Assembly (NCBI GenBank): GCA_028066245.1
Contig: JALCBR010000012.1
Coordinates: 635 to 64,634 of the forward strand
Reading direction: 5' to 3'
Length of the DNA: 64,000 nucleotides
DNA from: Pirellulales bacterium
GTDB lineage: Bacteria; Planctomycetota; Planctomycetia; Pirellulales; S012-138
In this document: positions 63,697 through 64,000 of the stretch, piece by piece
Position numbering within the stretch: the first letter of the stretch is position 1
Layout of the letters: every line of letters begins with the position of its first letter
Notes under the pieces: model-generated
Database searches by the model: none
What the model saw: only the letters and a program-made list of their open reading frames with translations
Told to the model about the DNA's origin: nothing
Program-made: the position numbers and the translations under genes

Positions 63697-64000
63697 GAGA
63701 TGTAACGGCTTGTCTTTCCAGGATGTTGCGTCGCCGCCGCTTAGTACTTGGCTGTCTTGCAATTCTACATGTACTGCTAGTAGCATTCTGCGCTTTGCGA
63801 AGTGCGCCCACGATTGATGAGCCGGGACACTTAGTAGCTGGCCTTAGCAATTGGAAATTCGCGAACTTCGACCTTTACCAGGTAAATCCACCACTAGTTC
63901 GCACTGTGGCATCACTTCCTTTTTTTCTCACGGAGCCGAGGACCGATTGGTCGCAGTTCAAGCCGGGTAAGGACCGTAGAGAATTCGTGTGTGGCAATGC
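63693..64000 (+). CDS. GT-C fold glycosyltransferase (ArnT/PMT, GT39/GT83-like), N-terminus only
   Basis: Not in the ORF track (open at the edge). Manual translation: TM, SAPTIDEPGHLVAGLSNW.F..F.LYQVNPPLVRTVASLP, with the DE catalytic motif; ATGA overlap with the upstream gene. Confidence 0.85.
   Translation, partial: MRDVTACLSRMLRRRRLVLGCLAILHVLLVAFCALRSAPTIDEPGHLVAGLSNWKFANFDLYQVNPPLVRTVASLPFFLTEPRTDWSQFKPGKDRREFVCGN

Overview
Planctomycete-type chromosomal DNA (taxon inferred from protein families, probably Pirellulales-like). From left to right: (1) a minus-strand chemosensory cluster (hybrid cheA, cheW, MCP, cheB, cheR, a stand-alone c-type haem DUF3365-like protein, a second MCP, and cheX at the edge), interrupted and flanked by two beta-barrel outer-membrane proteins; (2) a small HTH-like gene coupled to an RRM gene; (3) a Fur-box-preceded feoA-feoB-Cys-rich operon; (4) a very large VWA protein with GGGGFGGGQF repeats; (5) glnB-glnD beside a GGDEF / REC-HD-GYP / GGDEF c-di-GMP trio; (6) DUF1598, a deacetylase, an ABC-2 permease, prfB with its +1 frameshift, a TPR-peroxiredoxin fusion, a 242-bp element bounded by 38-bp inverted repeats, an OmcB/DUF11-like lipoprotein and several hypotheticals; (7) from about 57.4 kb an accessory island with a DDE transposase, duplicated IS ends, a disrupted ECF-sigma/Ser-Thr-kinase pair, an IS3 remnant, and the start of a MauE-DUF1573 / six-Cys secreted peptide / GT-C glycosyltransferase cluster. 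That last cluster is the best candidate for an undescribed system. No rRNA, tRNA or CRISPR array was seen. All family calls come from motif recognition by eye, not database searches.
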